From contig NMRA01000256.1 in NCBI GenBank assembly GCA_002633005.1, positions 200,784 to 264,783 on the forward strand: a DNA stretch of 64,000 bases, in the 5' to 3' direction. The position numbers and the translations under genes are program-made. Under the pieces are notes generated by a model. It was not told the origin of the DNA and did no database searches. It saw nothing but the letters and a program-made list of their open reading frames with translations. The DNA comes from Phoronis australis (Eukaryota; Animalia; Phoronida). This document shows, in pieces, positions 47,901 through 58,000 of this stretch. Each line of letters starts with the position of its first letter. The first letter of the stretch is position 1.

Positions 47901-50900
47901 ACTGGCAGACATGTTTCTGGGGGAACACCTTCCTGTTGTGTGATGTCAGGGTAAGCTAATATGGAATCCCTCGCATGGCGAGTGTCGAGAAATATTGCAT
48001 CTAGCGCTAACTACCTGTACATGGACAATTAATCTTTGAAATTGAAGTACACAGACCTGAAGTTTAAAGAATTTTCCGAACTTAGTCCTAATGCTAGTTG
48101 AAGACACAGATGTTTAAACGGCATTATCAAAGTGTATTTGATGGAGCAGCCAATTAGAAATAGGAGATTATGCACTCTGAAAAAAATGATAACCTCCAAA
48201 ATTATGGAACTGACTTGCCGTACAAATGTCATCCATGTCGTTGAACATGACAACCAGATAAAATTTAGCGCACCTAACTTCCTTAATTTGTTCGCACTGT
48301 TCCGTTGCAACTCGAACGAATGAATGAAAAAAAATATGAACAATCCACCCAGGCCAAACAACATATATTGATGTGCAAGAATGAGTGCAAACTTCACGTG
48401 AAAAATGAAATGTTTTGTCTAATGTTGGTTATGTATTCAATGACTAACTTAGCAAGAAAGTAAAAGCATAAGTAAAAGCATAGAAATACTACAACTTTTT
48501 GTGGAATTCCATGATTATTGTGCGATTTGAGTTAGCTCTGTGAGTGGCACTGTTTGCCATGTATGGAAAAAGTGGGTCAGTCNAAATATTGCATCTAGCG
48601 CTAACTACCTGTACATGGACAATTAATCTTTGAAATTGAAGTACACAGACCTGAAGTTTAAAGAATTTTCCGAACTTAGTCCTAATGCTAGTTGAAGACA
48701 CAGATGTTTAAACGGCATTATCAAAGTGTATTTGATGGAGCAGCCAATTAGAAATAGGAGATTATGCACTCTGAAAAAAATGATAACCTCCAAAATTATG
48801 GAATTGACTTGCCGTACAAATGTCATCCATGTCGTTGAAAATGACAACCAGATAAAATTTAGCGCACCTAACTTCCTTAATTTGTTCGCACTGTTCCGTT
48901 GCAACTCGAACGAATGAATGAAAAAAAAATATGAACAATCCACCCAGGCCAAACAACATATATTGATGTGCAAGAATGAGTGCAAACTTCACGTGAAAAA
49001 TGAAATGTTTTGTCTAATGTTGGTTATGTATTCAATGACTAACTTAGCATGAAAGTAAAAGCATAAGTAAAAGCATAGAAATACTACAACTTTTTGTGGA
49101 ATTCCATGATTATTGTGCGATTTGAGTTAGCTCTGTGAGTGGCACTGTTTGCCATGTATGGAAAAAGTGGGTCAGTCAGTCGCATGCACAGCACCTGTGA
49201 CTTTCGATCACATTTGTTGTTGGCCAAAACAGAAGCACGAACTTTAAAATTAGCGTGTTACTTTTGCTGTGAACCATGCTGGGATCTGGCTCATAGAACT
49301 GCCAGAAAAGAGTGGTTCTTTTTAAGAATAAATTTGTTGTAGAGCAGTGTGAAAGACTGTGATTGACTTTGGACATGGTAAGTGTCAATTTCAACAAAGC
49401 GGCCATTAAAATCTGCTGCAGAAGATGCTAATAACCACAATGTCCTTAGCGACCACTGGCAATGCCCATAGTAAGGCGCCTGAAAAAACGACAGAAAAAT
49501 GTAAAAATATGAGCACCAAATTCCAACGCAGAGTTACAACGCTTTTTTGGTCGACAACTTGTACGAGGCTAAGTCCGGTTACACAAGCACGAGTGCAAAT
49601 ATGCCATTCACTCCAATTTTCAAGTGGAGATTTTCGCCTGTGTCGAGTGCTGGTGGGTCGAGCTGTGAAATTGTTGAGGATATGTGTTCTCTTGTTCACT
49701 CTAGACTTATGAATTGCAGTACTGATTGGTGTAACGAAACGTAGACACATGTACTCAAAGGTATATTTCTCCATGTCCTGTCAAATGCAACTTCATTGTT
49801 TTCTCACAAGTCTGAATTATCTTCCTCAACTGTATACACTTGTCTTTTGAAAGCTTCAAGATACATTTGAGTTCTGAAGTCATATTGTGAACTATTTGAC
49901 TAACATGGAAAATACACAGATTATCTTACAAAAAAGATTTATAGATCTTGATTTTTACAGTCTGGTGACAATGCATACATCCTGAATGGAACAAAACTTT
50001 GTTTAGTTTTCTTCTTTGCTGTCCTTTGAACAAGAACAAAACATGCAAACAGTGTAATAAAATGTATGGAAAATGACCTTTTCCATATATAAATTACAAT
50101 TTTGTGTCACGAATTAAGACACCACTTTTCAAATCCTAGATGAGTCCCTGAGCCCAACTGGCCACCAAGTCGCCACTGCGAGTATAAAAGTCAAACAATA
50201 ATTCTCCTGAAATTCATTTAAAAGTTTGTGTTGACTTCCAAGCTTTGAATTACAAGCAGTTTTCCTAGATTTATTACCTTTGCTTCACAATTGTTCACTT
50301 ACTTCGTGAAATCAGCGCATTGGCCATCACAGCAGTCGGCACACATGAAACACTTGCTTGGCTGCATTCTTTACAATAATTAAACGGACGGAAGTCAGAG
50401 TTGTTCGGCAAAATTCGGCCAAGTTCAGTGAAACACGCACTTCCAGTGTATGTGGTCATGGAAGACCCTCTCAAAAAACATTATTTGTTCTATAAGATCA
50501 TGACCTTATATTTCGAGTAATGCAGTATACCATTATTCATACATTGCATTACATGACATATAAATTACATTGCTAAGATACATACGAGTACCATAGCAGT
50601 TAGGCAGTGACCACCGTCTCTAGTTAAAATACAGATGGTGGAGCTACTATAAGTGCTTCATACGCCGGAAGCTTTTCGATAAATTATGCCTCATACTGAC
50701 TAAAACATCGAAGTCATGTTAATATAAATACCTTTTGCACATAGAGGGACACCTTAGGAGGCAGTCGATGTTTTTAATTCCTTCCAACTCTAACAAATAT
50801 TCCCGGTATCACACTTTTTCTTCAAGCAGTCCCTCATTCAGTTCCCAAAATCAGTAACTCGTCATTTTTACACCAGGTATGCCAGGGGATATGACGTCAT

Positions 50901-52014
50901 ACCACCTGGCACGTGCAGTGTTAAAAATGTTAAGTTACCGATTTTGAGAACTGAAGGAGGGACTGCTCGAAGAAAAAGTTTGATAACGGAGTATTTGTTC
51001 AAGTTGGAAGGAATTACATACATCAACATCTTCCTAAAGAGTCCCTTTGTGAGCAAAATGTATTTATAACAATGTGGTTTTGATGTTTTAGTCAGTGCAA
51101 GGCATAATTTGCCTAAAAGCTTCTGGCGTATGAAGCACAGCCTGTTGTGAATGTGGGATTCGTTCATTGTGTGGCATCATGCGGTGCTGTCTGTGTTCGT
51201 CCCTGTGTGTGTGTGTGTTGTTTTCATGGTGAGCCTGAATATATTAAGTCACATGACTCTGGGCACGGTTTTGAAGTCAGTCTGGGGTGTATACCTCTGG
51301 AGTGAGGACGTCCTTGGCAGTGTCTTGGCTTGATACGAGCCAGTTGTACAGTCAATACATACGTGTAGTCGGACAGCTATAATTCTGGTAAGTCTATCTC
51401 CTGAACTACATGCTTGCAGGCTGCGTTTACTATACGCCTAGTAGGAGCTCCACGGTCTTACATGCCAGTAGGACGGTGGTCATTGTCCACTCCTGCTTGA
51501 CCTTCGAACGGTCAGGTCAGGCAGTGTGAATGATCCCGACTAAAGGTCAAGCAGCAGCCAGAAAACAGCAATCAACATGCTCGTCACCTGGTGGCAATGG
51601 ATTGCGGACCTCTCCAAACGTTTTCTGGCAAATCTAGGCCTATCTAGTTTATCTTACTTCTGACATCACAAATATGAATCTTTTAATACAATACTGGCGT
51701 AGGCAATACTCCCTTCCTTATTATTAAGATTTATACTAGATGTTATAACGGTATGTTCTAAAAAACAGAAATAAGCTCCCTTGACCTGACGCAAAAACTT
51801 GCAAAAGTCAAACAAATAACGTAACCAATCATCACGTCAGTCGAACGTATCAAAAACAATAATAAAAATGTCCAGTACCTGAATAAGATTTCTGGAGAGA
51901 ATGTTCGCGTCTTAAGTAATCATCGGAGGTTTCTGTACACAAAAATACCTCCAGATTCAGTAACAAAACGAGACTTAAGCTAAGCAACTTGTCCACGTTC
52001 ACGGCCATGGTCAT
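32826..52014 (-). CDS. LMAN2: Vesicular integral-membrane L-type lectin VIP36/VIPL (LMAN2/LMAN2L), complete, 8 exons, 329 aa
   Basis: Exons 52014-51879, 46927-46827, 45672-45558, 43830-43748, 40069-39908, 39777-39613, 38471-38408, 32989-32826 sum to 990 nt in frame. Motifs: YLRREHSL, VRLTPDRQSQRGSIWN, FGDGFAFWY, GLAIFFDTYAN, HPYISAMVNDG...YDHDRDG, LPTGYFMGLSAATGALADNHDIIS, TM helix, C-terminal RKRFY*. Confidence 0.97.
34367..34615. mobile_element. MITE-like element
   Basis: Imperfect IR GCCACAAAGTATAGTTGATTCTGGTC / GACCAGAACCAAGATACTTGTCTGGC. Confidence 0.45.
34848..35178. mobile_element. TTAA-flanked MITE related to 1083-1452
   Basis: TTAA|AGGGACACTAAAC...CAGGGTTTAGTATCCTT|TTAA; right end nearly identical to that at 1431-1456. 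Confidence 0.7.
36846..36920 (+). repeat. Possible tRNA-derived SINE head
   Basis: A-box-like TGGTCTAGTGG and degenerate B-box GGTTCTTATCCC at tRNA-like spacing; no full cloverleaf. Confidence 0.35.
36980..38080 (-). mobile_element. Helentron-associated / DINE-1-like non-autonomous element (full length)
   Basis: Subterminal IR ATGCGCCCACA (37005-15) / TGTGGGCGCAT (38066-76); terminal palindrome 38047-38076; (GGAC)n microsatellite 37970-38032; central tandem units with GCCACTAGG; hairpin CAACGC-AGA-GCGTTG 36988-37002 next to CTTGTT on the minus strand. Confidence 0.75.
38408..38471 (-). CDS. LMAN2: LMAN2 exon 7 (stalk)
   Basis: ttccag|DKNEEDYSKISPSASFFAPPR-G|gtaagg. Confidence 0.9.
39613..39777 (-). 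CDS. LMAN2: LMAN2 exon 6
   Basis: VSVDIDGTSSWKECFSVEGIKLPTGYFMGLSAATGALADNHDIISVKFYELSVEH|gtaggt. Confidence 0.95.
39908..40069 (-). CDS. LMAN2: LMAN2 exon 5
   Basis: HIHPYISAMVNDGTLSYDHDRDGTHTEVAGCEAQFRGAAHDTYAAIRYSKDTLK|gtaact. Confidence 0.95.
40110..40890. repeat. Dispersed AT-rich repeat family, two tandem units here; relatives near 27670-27910 and 58830-59130
   Basis: Shared motif GCATCATGTCT...GATTCACATGAAAC...ACTGTTCTC.AAAA..TGTTAAGA. Confidence 0.5.
41858..42283. mobile_element. Non-autonomous TAG...CTA element with 3-bp TSD (Academ-like)
   Basis: TAA|TAGAC...AGGTACCAACATCTG...CAGATGTTGGTACCT...GTCTA|TAA; the interior is the reverse complement of 63450-63830. Confidence 0.65.
42640..43035 (-). 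mobile_element. Short partial copy of the Helentron/DINE-like family
   Basis: Two tandem units then GGAGATGACGGCATAATGCACCCACTTATAAATGGG...TAAAAA, matching the end at 38030-38080. Confidence 0.6.
43748..43830 (-). CDS. LMAN2: LMAN2 exon 4
   Basis: TVFGSKDHFSGLAIFFDTYANQNGPHN|gtgagt. Confidence 0.95.
45558..45672 (-). CDS. LMAN2: LMAN2 exon 3
   Basis: PVTARDWEIHVHFKVHGSGTELFGDGFAFWYTKEHLES-G|gtgact. Confidence 0.95.
46827..46927 (-). CDS. LMAN2: LMAN2 exon 2
   Basis: PYWDFRGSTMITNNYVRLTPDRQSQRGSIWNTI|gtaagt. Confidence 0.95.
47624..50150. mobile_element. TIR DNA transposon derivative in LMAN2 intron 1, superfamily unresolved
   Basis: Perfect 15-bp TIR CAGGGACTCATCTAG (47624-38) / CTAGATGAGTCCCTG (50136-50). 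Only AG is shared by the flanks; no intact transposase ORF seen. Confidence 0.65.
47990..49177. repeat. ~594-bp direct duplication split by a single N (probable assembly artefact)
   Basis: 47990-48582 and 48584-49177 are near-identical (about 4 differences) and abut the N at 48583. Confidence 0.85.
51879..52014 (-). CDS. LMAN2: LMAN2 exon 1 (signal peptide; alternative ATG at 52008)
   Basis: MTMAVNVDKLLSLSLVLLLNLEVFLCTETSDDYLRREHSLQKSYS-G|gtactg. Confidence 0.9.
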
Positions 52015-52300
52015 GGGTTGGACATGTACCTAAACAACTGCAACATTATCAACACTCTTACTATTTCAATATATCCTCATTGAGCTAAAGTTCGTATTAA
52101 AAAGTAAAGAACTTACAGACAGAAGATATATATGTATAGCAAAAATTTAAAACAATGCGTTTCTTACACTTTTGTCTACTGTAAACACCATATTTTGATG
52201 CTTTTTGCAAAAGCTTGGTAAAATTGTTATTACCATTGAACACTCCGGAAATGCGTCGGCTTTTTTCTGTTAGCGAGAGAAACATGAATAAAGGTTAATT
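52015..52300. promoter_or_regulatory. Probable bidirectional promoter LMAN2/TMEM230 with candidate TMEM230 first non-coding exon
   Basis: Divergent genes. The TMEM230 ATG exon starts at an acceptor (ttcag|gagATG, 55018), so an upstream exon is required. ETS-like CCGGAAAT at 52245-52252; candidate donor aag|gttaat at 52294. Confidence 0.5.
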
Positions 52301-52464
52301 CACAGCGTTGTCTTTCGGTATCCTGGAAAAGTAATACATTCAATTCATTGCTCATTTAGTGCATGTTCCTGTGTTGTTACTTCATGTTGTTGTGGGAGGC
52401 ACATAAATCATAGTAAGGTGTGGATTACAAGGCTAATAGGTATTTTAGGAAAGACACTTGTTAA

Positions 52465-53770
52465 AAGGCGAAGGCAACCTTTCACTTTTAGCAAAAATAA
52501 GGTCTGTTGATTATCCCAGACATATTTTTCACTTAATTACAGCTTTTCGTAATTTAATTGATTTCTCGTCCTCTACTCCGGAAGTGACGTTTTGGGAGGC
52601 AAGAATTTCGCGCCAATTTCTTTTCATACAGTCAGACTGTGAGAGCTGTCAAGTCGGTCATTGTTCTACCTCGGATGTGATAAGTTCGGTCGTCGTTTGC
52701 TTTTGTTTATGAGTCAGTCAACATGCCATGCTGTTGCTGCGTACCAGGATGTACTCATTATCGTCTCACACGCGCTTTGGGTTCCTTGCATCGCTTTCCA
52801 AAGGATGACACACTTCGCCGTACTTGGCTGGCTCGTTCGTGTGAAGAACGCAGCGCTACCCGCTCACGCAACATACAAAGCAGTGGCAAGCATTTTCAGT
52901 CGTCAGATTGTGACAGAGATATGTACGCTGAATTGATGAAGGTCCTTGCGAAACAAGGCCTGAAGAAGGGTTCCATACCGTGGCTGCTGATTCCCGGCAG
53001 TGCCCCGTCGCCACCCCCGAGAAGTGCATTTTTGAAGCGAGAAGCCTCACGAGCTGTGGCCACTATAAACAGTGACTGGAGGCACTTCATCTACTGTCAC
53101 CCATGCCTCCGAACGTACCCCATAGCGTGCAATTCCAGGAACTAGCAGTGATTCCCCATGTGCTGTTGTCTCTAGCCCAGAGCGTGTAAGCAGCCCTGCA
53201 GCGATGTTGAGTAGTGGGAGTGAATACAGGCCCAGTTTGACACCCAGTGAAAAGTACAGTTTGTCATCCAATGAACAGATCGCTGAGCCTAAGTTTGATA
53301 AGTTCATTGTGGACTTGTATTGGAGCTATTTAGAAGGTGCCACGTGTGTGACGAGGGAGTCGCACGGCGGTATGTAAGCAGTTTGGGTGCTCAAGTCACC
53401 ATCCACTGAGAGTGTGTCGCGGTACACTCGGGCATGTGGGACAGTTCTTCCTCTACACGTGAGACGATAACGAGTACATCTCGGTAGGCAGCAACAGCGT
53501 GGCATGTTGACTGACTCGTAAACAAAAGCAAATGATGACCGAACTTATCATCACCGAGGTAGAACAATGACTGACTCGACTGCTCTCACAGTCAGACTGC
53601 ATGAAAACAAATTGGCGCGAAATTCTTGCCTCCCAAAACGTCACTTCCGGAGTAAACGACAAGTAATTAATTAAATTACGAAAAGCTGTAAATAAGTGAA
53701 AAATATGTCTGGGATAATCAACGAACCCTATTTTTGCTAAAAATGTCATGAAAAAAGGTTGCCTTCGCCT
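52465..53770 (+). mobile_element. Kolobok-like element, copy B (same family as 7102-8399), in the presumed TMEM230 intron 1
   Basis: Colinear, highly similar to copy A over its full length; TTAA left, GTAA right. Confidence 0.88.
52723..53145 (+). pseudogene. THAP-domain ORF (140 aa) from the 5' end of a transposase
   Basis: MPCCCCVPGC...LHRFPKDDTLRRTW...KHF...LKKGSIP. The third zinc ligand of the C2CH motif is missing (SSGKHF instead of C-x-x-HF), and the downstream frame is broken. Confidence 0.75.
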
Positions 53771-55020
53771 GTAAAGGCATCTAGTGCCAGTGTAGTGGTG
53801 ACGTGTGGAGTAGATTAGTGAGTAATGACTAGTGGATCACGGGAAGACTTGTGAAGTCGTGTTATGTTGCTTTTTTGCTAATCAGTTAAATGCCTTGCAT
53901 CTTTAGAACTGTTAGTCAAAATCTTCTCTGATTCTGCGTTGGAAATAACCCTGCTCCATAAGAAGTTAAATCAATGTTTGTGATATCGAGAGGTCATGGT
54001 GCTTGGTGTTCTTGACCTTAACTATTGATGAAATACAAGGTTTTGTGAAATAGCCAGAGACTCTAATGCTAATGCTTATTTGCATATAATACTTTGGTTA
54101 TCAGTATCACAGCGCATTAAGGAACCTATTTGTAAGGGGTGAATTTTTGCTGTTGATTCAGTGTTGCCTGTGAGAGATAATTGCTATGTACCGTAATTTG
54201 AAGTTCAGGTGTCTATAGCTTCATGAGTTGTTGAAACATGGTGAGCAAAACTCTGCCTGGAAACAACATAATTGAAAATACAGCTCATATTGCTAAAATT
54301 GTACTGAGTAACGTTAAGATATCTTTAATTGCATTAGATCGAGAGGCTTATCACTTATAAAGTTATGTAAAGAGCAGAGACTTCTGGGAATGTGCTGAGA
54401 AGTTCAGCTGTATTCCAACTATCTATCTAGCATTCTGATGTGGAATAAGAATTAAGCTGATATAGGACGCTGATCTTAGAAAGAAGATCATCCGTTTAAA
54501 ATGACCATTCACAAAGGCATCCCAGCTGCCCGTTCAGTTAGGATTATGTTAATAACCCAAACATTAGTGGGCAAAATTCTGATATCTTGGGCAGTCATTT
54601 GTGATTGCCATCGGTGAACAAGATCCGGATCGCTAATCATGTCTTTGCATTGTAAGCTTCTCGTGGTATGAAATCTAATTTTTTGTCTGATTTGGGTTGA
54701 ATGATGAGAAGGCATGGACAACTGACAAGCTATTCGCATGTGAACTTCTTAGAGGACAAATTAGTTGTCCGTCTGCCTTTTTGAACGGCACATGAACGCA
54801 GTATTAAGCTGTAAGCAGCTACATGTACCAAGAGACTTACTTTCATCTTCACCTATCATGTCCCTCAATAAATTGCATAGACGACCATGAACTAGGGATA
54901 AAAATTACGGTAATGGTAGTGTTTTCATGGCTTTGTAACCATGGTTTTGTTTTCAGCAACATCAGTCTCCCTGATAGTCAGCCAGTGTTGTTAGGACCCA
55001 TGTAACTATTATTTCAGGAG

Positions 55021-58000
55021 ATGGTTCGCAAAATGGCCACTAGCCAGGCCGAATACCACAGGTTAACGCCCACTGATGGAGGATTTGTTGATCTGCAGGT
55101 AATTTCACCATTGTTATAGCTATGGCTGTGATCTATAAACAAGGAGTAATACTTGACGTAACATAAAGGATGTACCGGGAAGTTTTTCAGTTTGACACAC
55201 AATATTGCAGGCAGATGAAATTTTATTTTGTCAGATTTCTCAACACAAATATCTTCAGGAAAATCTAGTTTGCTTTTAGCACATGGTTTGTATGACGTTT
55301 TTTTTTACCAAAACTCAATGGTAAAAATAGTAGTTGCAGCAATGTGTTTAAGCCTCTGCAAATAGAAATGTGGCAATTTCGGGAATTATTTTTATTCCAA
55401 ATTGAAGAATTTTTACTGCAGTGTTATCTCATTCACGTGGTGAAAAAGGAACAATTTACTTGTGTCATGACACTCTTCATTATGAATGCTTGACACCTGC
55501 TAAGAGTACATAGACACTTACTACACCACCTAGACATTTATGTCATTACAATGATCTTTTTTGGATATTAGGGAACTTAGATGGGTGTCAGTGAACCTCT
55601 GCTTGTTTGTGGCACCATTCTTTCTGCCCATTTTACAGACTACAGACTATAAATCCTTCGTTGAATATTGAGAACCGTTTTGGTTGTTTGATCGGCAAAA
55701 ATTTGTTAATTACAACTGTTCATGGAAAAAAGAGAAAAAACATGAATTGCAACTAGTGTTCAGTTGATACATTCCAACCTCTACTGTGTAACCTGCCTGA
55801 GTAACACAATATGGTGACTTTACCTGTGTACACCTGTGGCTATCAAAGCAGGCCTTCATCTAGAGGGCATCTGAATGGACATCCTAACTCAACTTTAGAC
55901 ACCCTTGCCCTGTTCAGCATTTTGACAATTAAGCAAGCCATGTACTTTTCTTTTCACTTGCTAGCAGCAGCCCTGGGATCCTCCTGGGCCTGTTCACAAT
56001 AGAAAGTGGATTTTAGAATGATGTAAGATATGCAAATTAAACGTTACTGTAGTAACAGTAACATAGAACATTATAGCAGCAACTTTAAGTAAAAAACATA
56101 GTAGCGTATCAGTGGTTGCCTTTAAAAATTGAGAAACTCATTTTAGATACCCTATTTTAGAAATCTTGGATGAACCCCTGTATTAGAATGATCATAATAC
56201 CCCCAAAGAATGCGGGGAGCCTCCTAGTGTCATATTCTAAAACAATCACTCCTGCAACCTGTAAATTGCTCAAGATAAGAAGCACCAGAGAGACATGCAA
56301 AACGTCAAGTTTCTTCTGCACTACTTTTTGATTCCCACAGACTCGTTTGATAGAGCTTTACTACAAAACAGATAGATGGCACTAGATATGCTACTGACAT
56401 TGAAACATGAAAAATGTAATACACTTATGACTTACACTTATCAGGGTTTATACGTTGCCATATTTTGATTATTTGTTGCAAGGTAGTTATCCTTGTGAAT
56501 ATTATTACTTTCTTGTTTTGTGTCATGTCCAACTTAATTTATTTTGTTTTTTGTTGTAACCATAGTAACATTGTATTCCACTAATGAACCTTGATGTAAA
56601 CTTAGTAATGATATTGCGATGATGAGTGGAATGTTTTGCAAATGGGACATTTTAAAGTTTGAATAAATTATAGCCCGAAGAGCCAAAGAAGTTACAAACC
56701 TCTTCTAGTCGAAAAATGGTGGTAGGAATTGTGTAATCTTGTTTGAAGTTGTTGATGGTATCTGTGTTATAACAGAACTAACCTGAACTGTGCAAAGTCT
56801 TGTTTTGTTTTATTATGCTACAAGGTCTTGTTTTGTTTTATTATGCTACAAGGTTTTGTTTTGTTTAATGCCACAACTGCTCAACACTACAGAATGTTGC
56901 TGATATTCTTTATAGACATTTTTTTTGTTGTAAAATTGGCTTTCAAAATTAAAAGAAGATTGGTCAATTTTGTAAAAAAAGTTTTAGTTGGAAACATAAT
57001 ATCACTTTATGAACTTTTGTCTCGTCAATTTTCTTTCATGGATAAAAAATGACCAACTCTTGCAAAAGGTAATTTCAGTTCAGTGCTTTAATAATTCCAA
57101 CTAAAAGTTGGTTAATTCTTCATTCTGAAAATCTCACTGACTAACAAAGGTAACTTTCAACCTTTTACTTGCAATGGGCATTTATTTTGTACCAAAGTAC
57201 GAGACATTTCGCAAATCATTTTTTTTCAAAATTATTATCATTATATTTTTTGGAAAATGCGAATTGTTACCACCAATTTTGCTTTAAGGAAGTTTACCTC
57301 TACAATCTGAGGTTGTGTATCCTGGATAGTTTGGCATTAAAAAATATTAAATAAACGATCAGAATTGATGTTTTCAATTCTATTTCGCCTTGCTCCTTCA
57401 AAACAAGAAAAGTTTAAAATCTAAATATTTTTTTTTCATTAGATAGGTATGAATTGACTGCAATGTTTCTGTGTTCAGTATTCGTTACTTTTTGTTATTG
57501 ACAAGTTTGTTTGTTTCATCTGCTCATAATCAGTCTGTTAAAAATCAATAACCCCATGTGATGTGTCATCGTGCCTACTATGCAGGGGAGCATACAGTTA
57601 GAGGATAAGGTAACCTTTATAATTCAAAACCATTAAAATAAGATTAGCAAACCAACAAGACTTAGTGTGTGCATTTTCAGTATTGGTAAGTGCCCGTGTG
57701 CATTTTTGTCAAAATATGAAAGAATCCAAGAGTAATTAGGTTTGGCAGCTGCTCCTATAAAAGAGTTCAAGGAAGTAATAAAACATCGGATTCCATGGAT
57801 CTTTTTCTTTTATGGTATTGAAAGCACGGGCAGATTTAGGGGTTAGGGGGTTCTATGCCATCCAAGCATGACAAAAATGTGTCTGCATTCAATAAGTCTC
57901 CACTTAAAAACCACACTCGCCTCATTTCATACACTCAAAAGTAGCGCTAAGGGAACTATCAACCCTTAGCCCTGTCATATTAATGTTGTCCTTCTCTTTA

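Noticed and set aside
48029-48992. Paired ~120-aa ORFs as duplicated genes
   Set aside because: They lie within the artefactual duplication inside a TE and have no protein-like motifs.
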